Assembly: GCA_002269645.1 (NCBI GenBank)
Contig: NIVC01004249.1
Coordinates: forward strand, 1-53,316
Source: Macrostomum lignano
Taxonomy: Eukaryota
Direction of reading: 5' to 3'
DNA length: 53,316 nt
Made by a program: the position numbers and the translations under genes. The notes beneath the pieces were generated by a model. That model searched no databases. It had not been told where the DNA came from and was given only the letters and a program-made list of their open reading frames with translations. This document shows, piece by piece, positions 35,459-46,751 of this stretch. Numbering within the stretch: the first letter of the stretch is position 1; each line of letters begins with the position of its first letter.

Positions 35459-38400
35459 CATAGATAAAGTATACATAGATTCCACCCCTGCCCAGAATGT
35501 ACACACGCTCGTGTCCAAACTTTGACCACCATAAAACTCACCGTGCTCTCATTGGCTGGCGCGAAAGCCTTCCTTTCAACCCCTTCGATTTCATTCCCTC
35601 ACCCCTTCCACACAAGAAAGCTTTATAACTTTAATGCGCGGAACGAAAGGATGTCTTACCAGTTTCAACAGTTTAGCAAGAATGAAGTCGACACGCAAGT
35701 GTTCCGCTTTGGGCTGCAATTCCGTTCAACGGAAAGGCAGCGTGTCTTTTTTTGCCTACCCAATTAAGCAACCTTCATTACTTTCCGAATGGCTGTGCCA
35801 CGTTGAGACAACGCCTGGATTTGCACCAACGTCCTGCAAATATTTGTGTGAACTGCACTTCAGTGCAGCAGATATTGTCATCGAGTCACAAGGTGCAAAA
35901 TCGCCGGGCAGGTTTCGCAAGCGCTTGAGACCTGGAGTTGCGCCAAATTGCGAGTGGAAGGTGGATCCACCTGTTCTGGAGCCTGCGGATCCACCTGTTC
36001 TGGAGCCTGCGGATCCACCTGTTCTGGAGCCTGCGGAAGAATCTGCTAGCACCGAGCCACCCGTTCTTCACCGCTTCGACGAGGACCCCACATTCGAGGA
36101 GCAACGAATTAGCGCTGCGGATGCCAAGCGGTTGAAGAACAAGAAGACACTATCTGCTCTGCAACTCTTGCGACGTAAGTTGTCTAGGCGGCTGGCCTCC
36201 CGTGCAAGGAGGTATGCTTTGGCAAAGCAGCGTTCTAGGAAGCTGAAGACCTTCGAGCTCAAGCTGCTGGCCGCTGATCAGGCTTTGCAGCGTGCGATTG
36301 AGCAAAGGAAAGATTCAGAACTTGCAATGAAGCAGTTCCGCTGCCTGCTGACTGCGAAAGGAAAATCTTTGCTAAGCAACCCCATCCGTGAAAAGGCGGG
36401 TGCTTTTAGCGAAGAAGTTCGGCGTTTTGCAAGCGAGCTGCACTACTGCTCACCACGTGCGTATGCTAATCTTCGCCGCTACTTCCGGTTGCCTGCAGAT
36501 GAGACGATTCGGCGCTGGAACAGATTTGAATGTCAGGCAGGAGTTACTGCTGTGTCCATCGAAAAGGTAAAGGAGTTGTGCTCCGAATCTGTTGCCATGC
36601 GTGACTGGGCACTCGTGATTGACGCGATGCACATTCGCCGAGAAATCTGCGTCAATGTCGGCAGCAAGCGGTTTTCCGGGTTTGCGGATGTCGGTGCCGG
36701 AAGCAACTGCTCCGATGATCAGGAGCTCGCTCGTGAAGCGGTTGTTCTCCTCGCAGTTGGTCTCAGGAGCTCCTGGAAGCTGCCCGTCGCCTACATTCTG
36801 CCCAATTCCGCAAAGCCTGCACAGCAGGCGCTCCTGATTTCTCGCACGATTGAGGAGTTGAACAGCGTGGGCGCTGTTGTGCGAGCCCTTGTATGCGACT
36901 GCGCTGCCGTCAACTTGGCGACTGTCAAGCTCTTCGGTGCAAGCATCCCTGAAGCCCCGAGTTTTACCATCAGCAGTCAGCAGCAGCGCGTTCATGTTTT
37001 TTTCGACAACTGCCATCTGCTAAAGCTCGTTCGCAACTCCTTATCCGACTTGGGCTGCTTCGTGCACAACGGATCCAGCATTTCGTGGCGCTTCATCGAA
37101 CTGCTACACTCGTGCCAGCAGGCGGAAGGAGGCAGACTCGGCAACAGGCTCAGCACCAGGCACATTGAGTGGAAGAGGCTCAGCATGAAGGTTTCCCTGG
37201 CCGCACAGACGCTAAGTTCATCGGTGGCGGACGCTCTCCAGTTTCTGCAGGATGCGGGATGTCCAGAGTTCCAGGACTGTGGCGCCACTGTGAGGTTCAT
37301 CCGCACGATCGACTCTCTGTTTGATGTCTTCAACTCTCGGTGAGTTAAAAATGACACTATATAATTGCACTTTTGTATGTAGCATTGTTTATTATATTTG
37401 CAAGTATAACATAGTCTGGCCGTAAATTATACTCAATTTATTAGCTGTATATTTAGTACCATGTTATTCTATTTTAAAGTGAAAAATAAGTCAAATTATT
37501 TTTTGTACCAATACACAGGCGAATTCATTATTATGATTACATAATTGAAACTAAATACGACAAATTGCGTGTAATAAATTAATAAATGTATTAATAAATA
37601 AACTATTTCATACTTTCTCCTCTCCCAACAGATCCACTGCAACCTACAGACTAAAAGGCCCCCTGTGGAATTGCCCATCGAGTCTGGCTGTCACCTTCCA
37701 ATTTCTGGACAGCGCGTGCTCCTTCATTCGTGAGCTGCAGACTGCGGACGGCAAGTCACTTCTGACGAGTCCTCGCCGAATGTGGGGCATCCGGCATCGG
37801 ATACTGCTCCAATGCAGCTGCGCTACGGCTTCTCGTCGATGACCTTTTTGTGACGGGCGCTGGTGACTGGAAGTTTTTCCTGACCTACAAAGTGTGCCAG
37901 GATCCCCTGGAGCACTTTTTCGGCGAAGTGCGACAGCGCGGCGGGTTCAACAACAACCCAAACGTGGAGCAGTTCCGGTGAGTGCACGGATTACTGCATT
38001 ACTGATTACTCTTTTGCTGCACTCTTATTGCAGTACAATAGTTAATAGGTTATTTCCAGAACAATTACGCATTTATTGTTGCATTGATGATAGAAGTTCG
38101 AGTTTTGGAATTGCAATCTACTCAGACTTACTTAATTATCCCGTTCCAGAGCTGCTTACCGGGCACTAGTTGGCCATCGAGTTGGAAAGCTCGGCTGCAA
38201 GTCACTGATGCCGCAGCTGCGACGATCGGCGGAGCCGCTCCCCGCCTCCACTTCGGCCAATTGCGCCGCTGAGGTCTCCGACACCGTGAACCTGCCATCT
38301 GCGACTGCGCTCTCACTGGTCGGCGAGAACATCGCCGGCTACATCGCCGGCTACATTGGTCGGCAGCTCGTGAGCCGGCTGAACTGCATCTCGTGCAAGG

Positions 38401-39482
38401 AGGCGCTGGTTGGTTCTTGCCAGACGGTGAGGCTGGCGGCAATCAAGGACCAAGGAGGTTTGTTCCGCCCGTCTGCTGACTTGTGCCGCTGTGTGCATTT
38501 CTGTGAGCTTCAACGCCGCGCCATTTCGCTTGGTGCCTTCAACTGCAAGACAGTTGACATGTTGGTCGCATCATCCGTGAGCGCAGCACTCTCCCAAGGT
38601 GTATTCGCTTCCCTGTCCTGTCATCAAGGCTCTGATGAAAATCATCGGTACTTTCTCATTCGGAGCATCAGTGAGAAGTACGCATTTGTTCGACTTGCCA
38701 ACTCAATTCGGAGCTTCAACTTGTCAGCCAAGAGCTCAGTGCGCCACCAGCTATGTAAGAAAGTTATTTTTCTCGGACAGTAATTTCGTTTACTTTTTTT
38801 TCGTTGGCCAGAAGCCAACGATTGTAAAAACAATACTTGGTTGACGTGTCGCGGTGCTTCGCTTTACTAAAAACTTCATTTACGTGCCAATGGCTTCTCT
38901 CTATTGCGTCCCACTTTTTGAGAATTGAGATGCTCTTCTCAATGATCCAAGTCATAAAAATAATAATCTATCAGGCTGAATATGCTCTGCATTTTGCGCA
39001 ATTTTTTATTATGATTTCGCTAAACTGTTTCACAATTTTTGCCAGACTTTTATTTTATGGCTAATGTCTTTTTCCAGTTTGCTCATACGAGTATTAGTTT
39101 ATTCACTTCAATGTTATAATAAAACAGCGAAAAAACTGACATTGTCACGACGAATTTTGTCTTGTCTTTGGCTTTTAACTGCACGAGTGTTTATTTTAAC
39201 TACTAAACTGAACTTCCAAGAAAAAAGAAAACTGTTTGTTGCTTCATTTAATCAAGAAAAAGTATGCTAGTGTTGCTGGAAAATTTGAATCACGTTTTTT
39301 ATACAAGTTGCAAGTCCTTTAAGGAAGAAAGATAATAGAAAAGCGGAGTTGGGGGAATGTACACACGTGGACTCAATGTGCATAGCGTGGCCCAGCCAAT
39401 AGGAGCGCAGTGAATAAAGTGATGGTCACAATTTAGACACTCCGCGGGGGTAGGGGTGGAATCTATGTATACTTTATCTATG
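35459..39482 (+). mobile_element. Complete P-element/THAP9-type DNA transposon, 4024 bp
   Basis: Perfect 31-bp TIR CATAGATAAAGTATACATAGATTCCACCCCT (35459-35489; inverse at 39452-39482). 8-bp TSD GGCTCAGC at 35451-35458 and 39483-39490. Internal THAP-transposase. Confidence 0.97.
35682..38783 (+). CDS. P-element transposase, 3 exons (35682-37339, 37632-37977, 38150-38783), one +1 frameshift in the G run at 37784-37787
   Basis: THAP motif CSALGC...P...W...C.LHF; catalytic-region motifs IDAM, CDCAAVN, FDNCHLLKLVRN, MKVSLAAQ and QDPLEHFFG. Exons sum to 2638 nt; removing one G gives 879 codons (878 aa). Confidence 0.9.
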
Positions 39483-39611
39483 GGCTCAGCTAAGTGCCAC
39501 GTACGTTGTTGCTTTCTTTTTTGTCTATGTTCCAACCCTAAACAAGTCGCTAAGTCCTAGCTTGTTCTCGAGCTGCATGACTGCAACCCAAGCACACAAC
39601 CCTTTGCAACG

Positions 39612-40115
39612 ATGGCCGCGTCCAGCTCGTTCTCTCGCTATGACGTTCGAAGCATCATCAAGTTTTCTGTGCTGTCTGGAAAATCGACACCAGAGATTCA
39701 TCAAGAACTCGTGAGAGTCCTAGGAGAAGCTGCACCATCCATTCAAACGGTCAGGAAGTGGGTGCGAGAAATTCAAGAAGGACGGGACTGCATGGAGGAC
39801 AAAGAGCGTTCTGGACGACCAAGAACTGCCACAACAGATTCCAATGCTGATCGCGTGATGGCTTCTGTGAGTGAAGACAACAGAAGGACATGCAGTGAGC
39901 TGGAGGAACTCCTCGGCATTCCCCACAGCACTGTGCACCGCATTCTGACCGAGAATTTAGGCCTGCAAAAGCTTTTCGCCAAATGGGTGCCACACCTGCT
40001 GACTGACGAGCAGATGGAGGAGCGGGTGGTGGTGTCCCGGGACTGCCTCCGTCGGGTTCGTCGTGAAGGCGACGGATTTCTCGGTAGAATAGTGACTGGA
40101 GACGAGACGTGGGTC
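39612..40115 (+). pseudogene. Mariner transposase N-terminal part (HTH domains to first catalytic Asp)
   Basis: RSIIKF...EIHQEL...TVRKWV...RSGRP...WVPHLLT...IVTGDETWV, then unrelated sequence. Confidence 0.92.
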
Positions 40116-41260
40116 GCCGACATATATGTCTCCGCATGCCGTTTTGCCGTTTCTCAGCTCAATCGTGACGTCCTTAGCCATGCCTTGTACGGAAACTGAA
40201 GCTCCCCCGAAAACTTTGAGTGATCGAATGTCCGCGTCAACCATGTGCAATCCGGCTTGCTCTACGATGGTTACTGGCAAAATTGTTACCTGACTACCAG
40301 AGTCGACGCATATATGGACTGTGGAATCACCGATCGTGCAGACTATTTTCCAGAGTTCGTCGCATGGAGTAGCCTTGATCACCGAGTACACAGCTGAATC
40401 AGGTGGATCAGCGTCGGTTGCTTCAACTTCCGCGTACGTGACTTTCTTGCTGCCACCGATGTTGGACCTGCATGCTCTGGCAATGTGCCCGGTTTTTCCG
40501 CACTTGTGACATGTCGCATTACGGAACTTGCAGGTATTTCTAAGATGACCCGGGTTACCACAGGAATGGCAGCTAGACTTAGAATGATTCGGCGTTGTTG
40601 GCATTGGCCTGGATACCGTTGGATACTTTTGGTTGCTGCCGGTCTTCTTGTGAGTGGTTTTCTGCACTGCTGCGACGGTTTTGCTCGAATCAGTAGCTTG
40701 AGATACGGACTCCGATAAGAGACTATCCTTAACCGCAGTCTCTAGATCCAGTTTTTCCTTCACTAGTAATTTTTGCTTCAGAGAATTATCAGCCAGTCCG
40801 AAAATATACTGAGAAAGAATTAACTCTTCTCGCAGGTTGCCGAATTCGCATTTGTTGGCCTGTGTCTTCAGTCTCTCCAAAAACTTTGTCACCGACTCAC
40901 CCTGTATTTGGACCATGGTATGTAGCAGATGTCTGTCGTAGTGAAGAAGGCGCTTGGGTTTCAAGTGGCTCAGTACCGCTTCTTTGATGAAATCGAACGT
41001 ACACTTTGTATCGTTTAAAATGTCTTCTGGCTGCACAAGTGTCTCAATCAGTGAAAATGCGGCATCTCCACAAGTAGCAAGTAGAACGGCTTTGCTCTGG
41101 TCATTCTTTTCCGTTGCGCTAATGTAAAAACCGAGGCGCTTGAAATACTGTTCGACATCGGGGTAGCACAGCGGCATCTCCCCCAGTCGGAAGTCGAGTC
41201 CGGAAGACATCGGGATGAAGATTTGGTGACTGCAGTATCGTCCCGCGGCGAATTAAATTT

Positions 41261-41272
41261 TCCTCGTCGCCA
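41261..41272 (-). promoter_or_regulatory. Primer binding site TGGCGACGAGGA
   Basis: Immediately follows the LTR end ...ACAACA. Complementary to a tRNA 3' end ...CCTCGTCGCCA (Ser-GCU-like, from recall). Confidence 0.75.
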
Positions 41273-41438
41273 TGTTGTACTTTTCGTAGTAACGAAGACG
41301 AATGCAAGATGCCGAATTAGGAAGAGATCGTAGATGCATGCAGCGCGTATATTTTAGCAGCGAAGTAGCTGGCTGCTATACTTAAAATATGAATAAGGCT
41401 TCACCCATAAACCATAGAACTTAAGTTCATACACAACA
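41273..41438 (-). repeat. 5' LTR, ~166 bp
   Basis: Bounded by the TGTTGT...ACAACA inverted termini and adjacent to the PBS. No second copy in the window. Confidence 0.65.
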
Positions 41439-41689
41439 CACTCAATGTTTCATTTTTACATTGGTTTTATATTTTATAAAGCCTAAAGTTGTAAATACTC
41501 TCATGAGTGGCATTAGCTGAACTTTTTGTTTTGTTCAGCTTCCTAAATCAAGGAGGGCATTTTTCTAGGAAATTAGACTACGAAAAATTACACGATCTTT
41601 GAGTTTTACGTCCGGTGTTATACTACAGAGCTCCTTGGTGTCAGGATTTTACGAGCTATTCTGGCAACTTGAAAAGGGGTTGTAGCGAA

Positions 41690-41770
41690 GAGGTTATAGC
41701 CTGATGGTTGAAGAGTCGGATTTAAGACTAAAAGGTCGAGGGTTCGATTCCAAACCCACTCGGGACAATT
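41690..41770 (+). mobile_element. SINE head fragment (tRNA-like A/B boxes)
   Basis: TAGCCTGATGG...GGTTCGATTCC; similar to the heads at 50314 and 52767. Confidence 0.65.
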
Positions 41771-42544
41771 TCTTTAGAATATCAGTCATTATTAAAATTC
41801 TACTGTAAGTAGAGTAACGCAAACACGCGCACCTAAACAAAAACTTTGAATAATTTTACTATTCATAACGTTAGAGATGAATCATGATTTTTTTGATAGT
41901 GTAACCAATGAATCACGGCCCCAAAAAAAGTAATACGGTATCTCCACTTCTATTGTATAAGCGAAAGTTCTATTAAGTGTCAAAAGGTCAAATTCCTTAG
42001 ATTTGACAGTTTCACCCTATCAATCTAAACCAGAATAAACCGTTTTTTTTGCAAAATTTGTGTATAAATACAAACGCTCTGGGGGCCTAAAAACGTCAGA
42101 CTCGGAGCAGTACCAATGAGAAGGACATCGTCGGGGACATCCGTGCCGTTTGGTAAGTTTTACGTCTACTTCTAAGTGACTGGATAGGATCATTTGGGCC
42201 GATTCCCATACTCTTGACGATTATTGACTTTAGATTATTGATTGACTTTTGATACCCTAGAGTAACGGATAGTGGCACACGACTCCGATTCCGTTATTTC
42301 TAGAAGGCACCCTTTCTGAAGTTAACGCCGACGAATTTTGGTTGTTTCGTACACTATTCGTAAAGTAGTTCTCGCACACGGCAAACTTAATGAACTCAGG
42401 GGGAAAACAACGCTAAGAAGACTACGCCAGTACTATAAGAACTATAGAAGAGGAGCCCGCGACAGTAAATGATCACACAATTTTGTTCCTAGAATTACGG
42501 TCTGGAAGTGGAAGTTTGTGCGTTTAAAACTAGACGTAATTCTT

Positions 42545-42549
<5 letters not shown>

Positions 42550-42616
<67 letters not shown>
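42550..42616. repeat. (CT)n microsatellite
   Basis: Direct reading. Confidence 0.95.
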
Positions 42617-42617
<1 letters not shown>

Positions 42618-42640
42618 AGTGTGCTAAAACGAACTCTTCA

Positions 42641-42850
42641 TTTGTGTCCATGAGCAACACACTTAACTCTGCATTGCTTCAGTTCAAACAGCTGTAAAAT
42701 GGGTGCCAGCATTAGCAGGAGTAATTGAGGCTGTGTGTGGTGACCCCCCTCCCAGTCCTTAGACTGAACAGCCGTACGCAGCCTTCAGAAGTGCCACGCA
42801 ATAGCTGCGGCTGAGCTGACTAAGGTTGCACATCTGCCCAATTAGGCATT
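42641..42850 (+). mobile_element. 5'-truncated SINE copy
   Basis: Shares CTGTAAAATGGGTGCCAGCATTAGC and ACTGAACAGCCGTACGCAGCCTTCAGA with the other copies. Confidence 0.9.
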
Positions 42851-42897
42851 AAGGGAGCATTCTGCCAAGAATCACAAAAAATGCTCACACAACTCAC

Positions 42898-43082
42898 GAA
42901 TCGGTGGTGTACAGTCCGGGAATGAAGTCCTTTCCGATGACGAACACCGCGCACAGCACGGATGCCACGCAGAGCAGGCAGCAGATGCCGGCCTTCCAGG
43001 CCAGCCGAGCACCCGGTCCGTTGTTGGCGCCCAGGTTTTGGCCAACCCGGATGTTCACAGCGACACCGAAGCCCAAGACGCA
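42898..43082 (-). CDS. MATE/SLC47-family transporter exon
   Basis: tacag|CVLGFGVAVNIRVGQNLGANNGPGARLAW...KDFIPGLYTTDS|gtgagt. Matches the MATE GFxxAxxxRVGNxLGA motif. Confidence 0.85.
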
Positions 43083-43225
43083 CTGTATTTGAAAGTAGGG
43101 GGTTGGATTTAGGCTTGATTCATAGAGCATCGAGTCATAATAAAGATTAAATGTATTTACTGAAATCTACTCAGGTCAGTAAGCTGCCAATCTGAGGGAA
43201 TGCATAGAGTTGGATGCATGCTCAC

Positions 43226-43308
43226 GACTGACTCTCTCAACCTAAAAGCCAGCGTTTCAGTTTGGAACAGAATCGATTGCGCACCCAGCTCGTTTGTACT
43301 GATGATAC
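43226..43308 (-). CDS. MATE/SLC47-family exon (preceding)
   Basis: cgtttag|GIISTNELGAQSILFQTETLAF matches the ELGAQS motif. Donor is ambiguous: 43242 (phase 2, incompatible) or 43226 (phase 0, adds RLRESV). Confidence 0.7.
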
Positions 43309-43373
43309 CTAAACGAAAATGGACATGCATAGGGGGTCATAGGGAATTAGGGAAATCTGAGGGAATGCATAGG

Positions 43374-43440
43374 GGGGCGTAGCCCAGCGGTAGCGCAGCT
43401 GCTCTGGTGTGCCAGCGACCCAGGCTCGATTCCAAGTGCA
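43374..43440 (+). other. tRNA-derived fragment
   Basis: GGGGGCGTAGCCCAGCGGTAG...GGCTCGATTCC A/B-box-like pair; no clean cloverleaf. Confidence 0.4.
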
Positions 43441-43644
43441 GTCACATTAATTTGGGGCTGAATTGGAATCTCGGTTTGGCTCTGCTCGTGCAATTAACGG
43501 CCTTGAGAGAGATGCTCTCAGATAAGATGGCGAAATTCAAAAAGTGAGTTGCCACCTGAAATTTTTTTAGTCGGTGATTCTTTATAAGTACATAGTATCA
43601 AGTACAAAGAAGCACTTGGAAGATATTGGAATAAGATTCTGACT

Positions 43645-44142
<498 letters not shown>

Positions 44143-44439
44143 GCTGGGGAATTAACAAAGCTGGGGAATTGTAGACAGCTGGGGAATTGTAGACAGCTGG
44201 GGAATTGTAGACAAAGCTGTGGAATTAGTATTAGACTTAGTACTGTGCTGAAGTTGGCATGGGCAAAATGCTTATCAAAAGGCAGCACTGTCACCGAAAA
44301 CTTGCATGATTTTCGTCGGGTAATTTCGAAATACGCCATCCTCTTATTATTTCCACGAAAACTTCAAAAATTTCCTGATCCTCCAGGACAAGATCGTTCA
44401 CATTCACTGTTTTTCCCAGTGTCGCCAGCAGCTATGGTG

Positions 44440-45170
44440 ATCTCTGAAAAGGGAGAGTTCCTAGATAACCCAGAGAGCCCAGAGATAACGCATGAGGTGA
44501 TTAAGATTTCCGGTTTTGCACGCTTCAGTTATAGATGTGTGTGGCCCAAGGTAAGTGAGCCTGGCTCGCATGAGGGACAGATGTTGTCAAAATGCTCAGT
44601 TGTTTCGCCGCCTGAGTGGCGAAACTGCAGATGGCGTTGGTGGCGTTGCCCTGCAGGTACTGGTGCCTCAAGAAGCAGCCGTGACCTGAGAGGGTCATGG
44701 TGGCAGCCCGGATGTCTCTGCGCGAGAGGCGCAAGAGGAGCTTCCGGAGCTGGTGAGAGGGCTGAGGGACAGCGCCTCTGGATTGCCCGCAGGTAGTGCA
44801 GTTCACCCAAGTCGAGCGGTGCTGGCTCCTGATCCACGCTTTGATGCGCGAATCGATGACACAACCGGGAATCGGGACAATGGGTTCTGCAGGCCCGAGA
44901 GAGGAGCCGATGGCGCCAACTTTTGCAAGGGTGTCAGCCAACTTTCCCTCGGAACCCCACATGCCCAGGAACCCACTTAAGGGTAATTTTGTTGGTAGAA
45001 CTCAACATGTTAAGAGGTTTGATACAGTCGAGGACTGTAGCAGAATTGACGCTGCAGCCACTGATGGCGTGCAAGGCAACCTGGCTGTCCGAATGGAAGA
45101 TGATGTTCTTACCAGTAACGCTAGTGGCAAGAAGCTGGTGAGTTCATGGCGAGTTCGTGTTTGGAATGAA
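44440..45170 (-). mobile_element. Non-LTR retrotransposon 3' fragment (RNase H + zinc knuckle; I/LOA-like)
   Basis: IIFHSDSQVAL...KITLKWVPGHVG / LADTLAK...LSRRDIR...LSGHGCF...ICSF / ETTEHFDNICP, across frameshifts. Confidence 0.85.
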
Positions 45171-45306
45171 TATATTTATTAGCATTCACCATCTTCACGC
45201 AGCTCAAGATGATCGATATTGTGATGAACTAGCAGTTATAATTGCGGAGAAACTTTCCCAAACACTTGTTTTGATTTATGCATCCTAGCTCGAATTTTTT
45301 TCGTCT

Positions 45307-45560
45307 AATTACACCTGCCCCAAATGGGCCAGATGTGCAACCGACAGCTCAGCCTCCAGATATTGCGCGGCGCATCTGAAGGCTGCGTACGGCTGTTCAG
45401 TCCAAGTGGGGGGTCGCCACACACACCCTCAATTACCCCAGCTAATGCTGGCACCCATTTTACAGCTGGGTGAACTGAAGCAATGCAGAGTTAAGTGTCT
45501 TGCCCAAGGACACAAATTGTTCCTAGTGAGTCTAGAATCGAACCCCCGACCTTTCCCCTT
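45307..45560 (-). mobile_element. SINE copy
   Basis: Reverse complement of the 50314/52767 consensus, including the B box. Confidence 0.9.
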
Positions 45561-46013
45561 AAAAACCCCCTTACTTCTAATTAAGTAGTCCGTGAGTGTA
45601 CAGCGGACATGACTTTCTACTCGTCAGACATGTATGTACACTCTAATTGTGACTCAGGTCAAGGACTACTTAACAAGTGTTGTTAAGTAGTCCTTGACTC
45701 ACTCAGGTGTTGGCCCTAATGGGTGCGAATCGCCCGGGCCGATTTTCGAGCACGAGTCCCAAAAGAATGTGGCCGCCAAATCACGGTACTGAGAAGTCTG
45801 GTTTAGAAACTTTCTTAAAACATGAGTAAGAAAGCTAAGAAGGTAATGTACAAAGCACGAAGAGAGGCATGAACATGGATGAATGAATAGATCCATGGGC
45901 ATGAAGTACTCGTTCATCCAAAATGGCAACTCACCCAACTGATCTCACCATATCGCATTTAAAGCAAGTGAGTCTATTTTTTCTCTTGGCAACAAGCAGC
46001 ACCGGCAACAAGC

Positions 46014-46751
46014 ATGCATGAAATTGACAGCCTTCTGGCCTGCTTTGCAATTGCCTCACTGCTGAGCCCTGCTCTGGGCAGCCAGTCCTGCTCTCTGAGA
46101 TTCACTCCCATCAACGGCTCCCTGTGCATCAAGAGCGACTTCATTCGCAACATCACTGGAACTACATCGGAAGAGCACTGCTCTACCCTGTGTGGCCTGA
46201 GGCCGCAGTGCCAGGCCTTCAGCCTGTCGAACGGTCCCTGCCAGCTGTTCGAGTTCAACAGGTGCAGCAAGTCTGTGAGGGACTGCGGCTGCACGAGACG
46301 AGGCCGGGTGTTCGTGAGGCAGCAGCCGGGACTGCCAGCGGGACTGCTGTGTCCGCCCGGATACGGAGACGACCTCTGCGGAGTCAAGTACAGGGAGCAC
46401 AGCGGTTCATGGGACATGATAAAGTCGATATGCGAGTCGGAGAGCGGTCTGGTGATCATGGCGGACGTGACGAGCAGCTCAGAGATGAGCCACGTGGAGT
46501 CGCTTCGTCGTGGTAACAATTTGTGGCTCGGCGGTTTCCAGCCGGCTGGCAGCGCGGAGCCTGATGGCGGCTGGTACTGGGTCGGCTGCAACAACACCGT
46601 GGACGCCAGTCTGTGGGGCACTGACGAGCCCAGCGACTACAATTCGAATCAGTTCTTGATCGCTGCCTATAAGGAAAGAGACAGCCTGTCCGATATGGGT
46701 TCGGGCAGCGGCAGTCGCGGTCTCTGTGAGTGCATCTCTCCATTCAACTGA
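46014..46751 (+). CDS. Secreted PAN/apple + C-type lectin domain protein, single exon, 245 aa
   Basis: Signal peptide LLACFAIASLLSPALG; PAN pattern EEHCSTLC...CQAF...CQLF; CTLD CPPGY...SW...IC...LWLGG...WYW...LWGTDEPS; GC-rich intact ORF. Confidence 0.85.
   Translation: MHEIDSLLACFAIASLLSPALGSQSCSLRFTPINGSLCIKSDFIRNITGTTSEEHCSTLCGLRPQCQAFSLSNGPCQLFEFNRCSKSVRDCGCTRRGRVFVRQQPGLPAGLLCPPGYGDDLCGVKYREHSGSWDMIKSICESESGLVIMADVTSSSEMSHVESLRRGNNLWLGGFQPAGSAEPDGGWYWVGCNNTVDASLWGTDEPSDYNSNQFLIAAYKERDSLSDMGSGSGSRGLCECISPFN

Larger units (their letters stand above)
35399..40115 (+). mobile_element. Mariner (Tc1/mariner) element, interrupted by the P element and 3'-truncated
   Basis: TA|CGAGGTGTATCCCAAAAGTAAG mariner-like 5' end at 35399. 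Removing 35459-39490 rejoins a leader running to the transposase ATG at 39612. No right TIR found. Confidence 0.75.
40116..41438 (-). mobile_element. Gypsy LTR retrotransposon 5' remnant (LTR, PBS, gag, truncated protease)
   Basis: ORF from 41210 with two CCHC knuckles (CHSCGNPGHLRNTC, CHKCGKTGHIARAC) and protease VDSGS. No RT. Confidence 0.9.

Noticed and set aside
41690-41770. Possible tRNA genes here and at 43374, 50314 and 52767
   Set aside because: A/B boxes are present but acceptor/anticodon stems do not close, and most continue into SINE body sequence.
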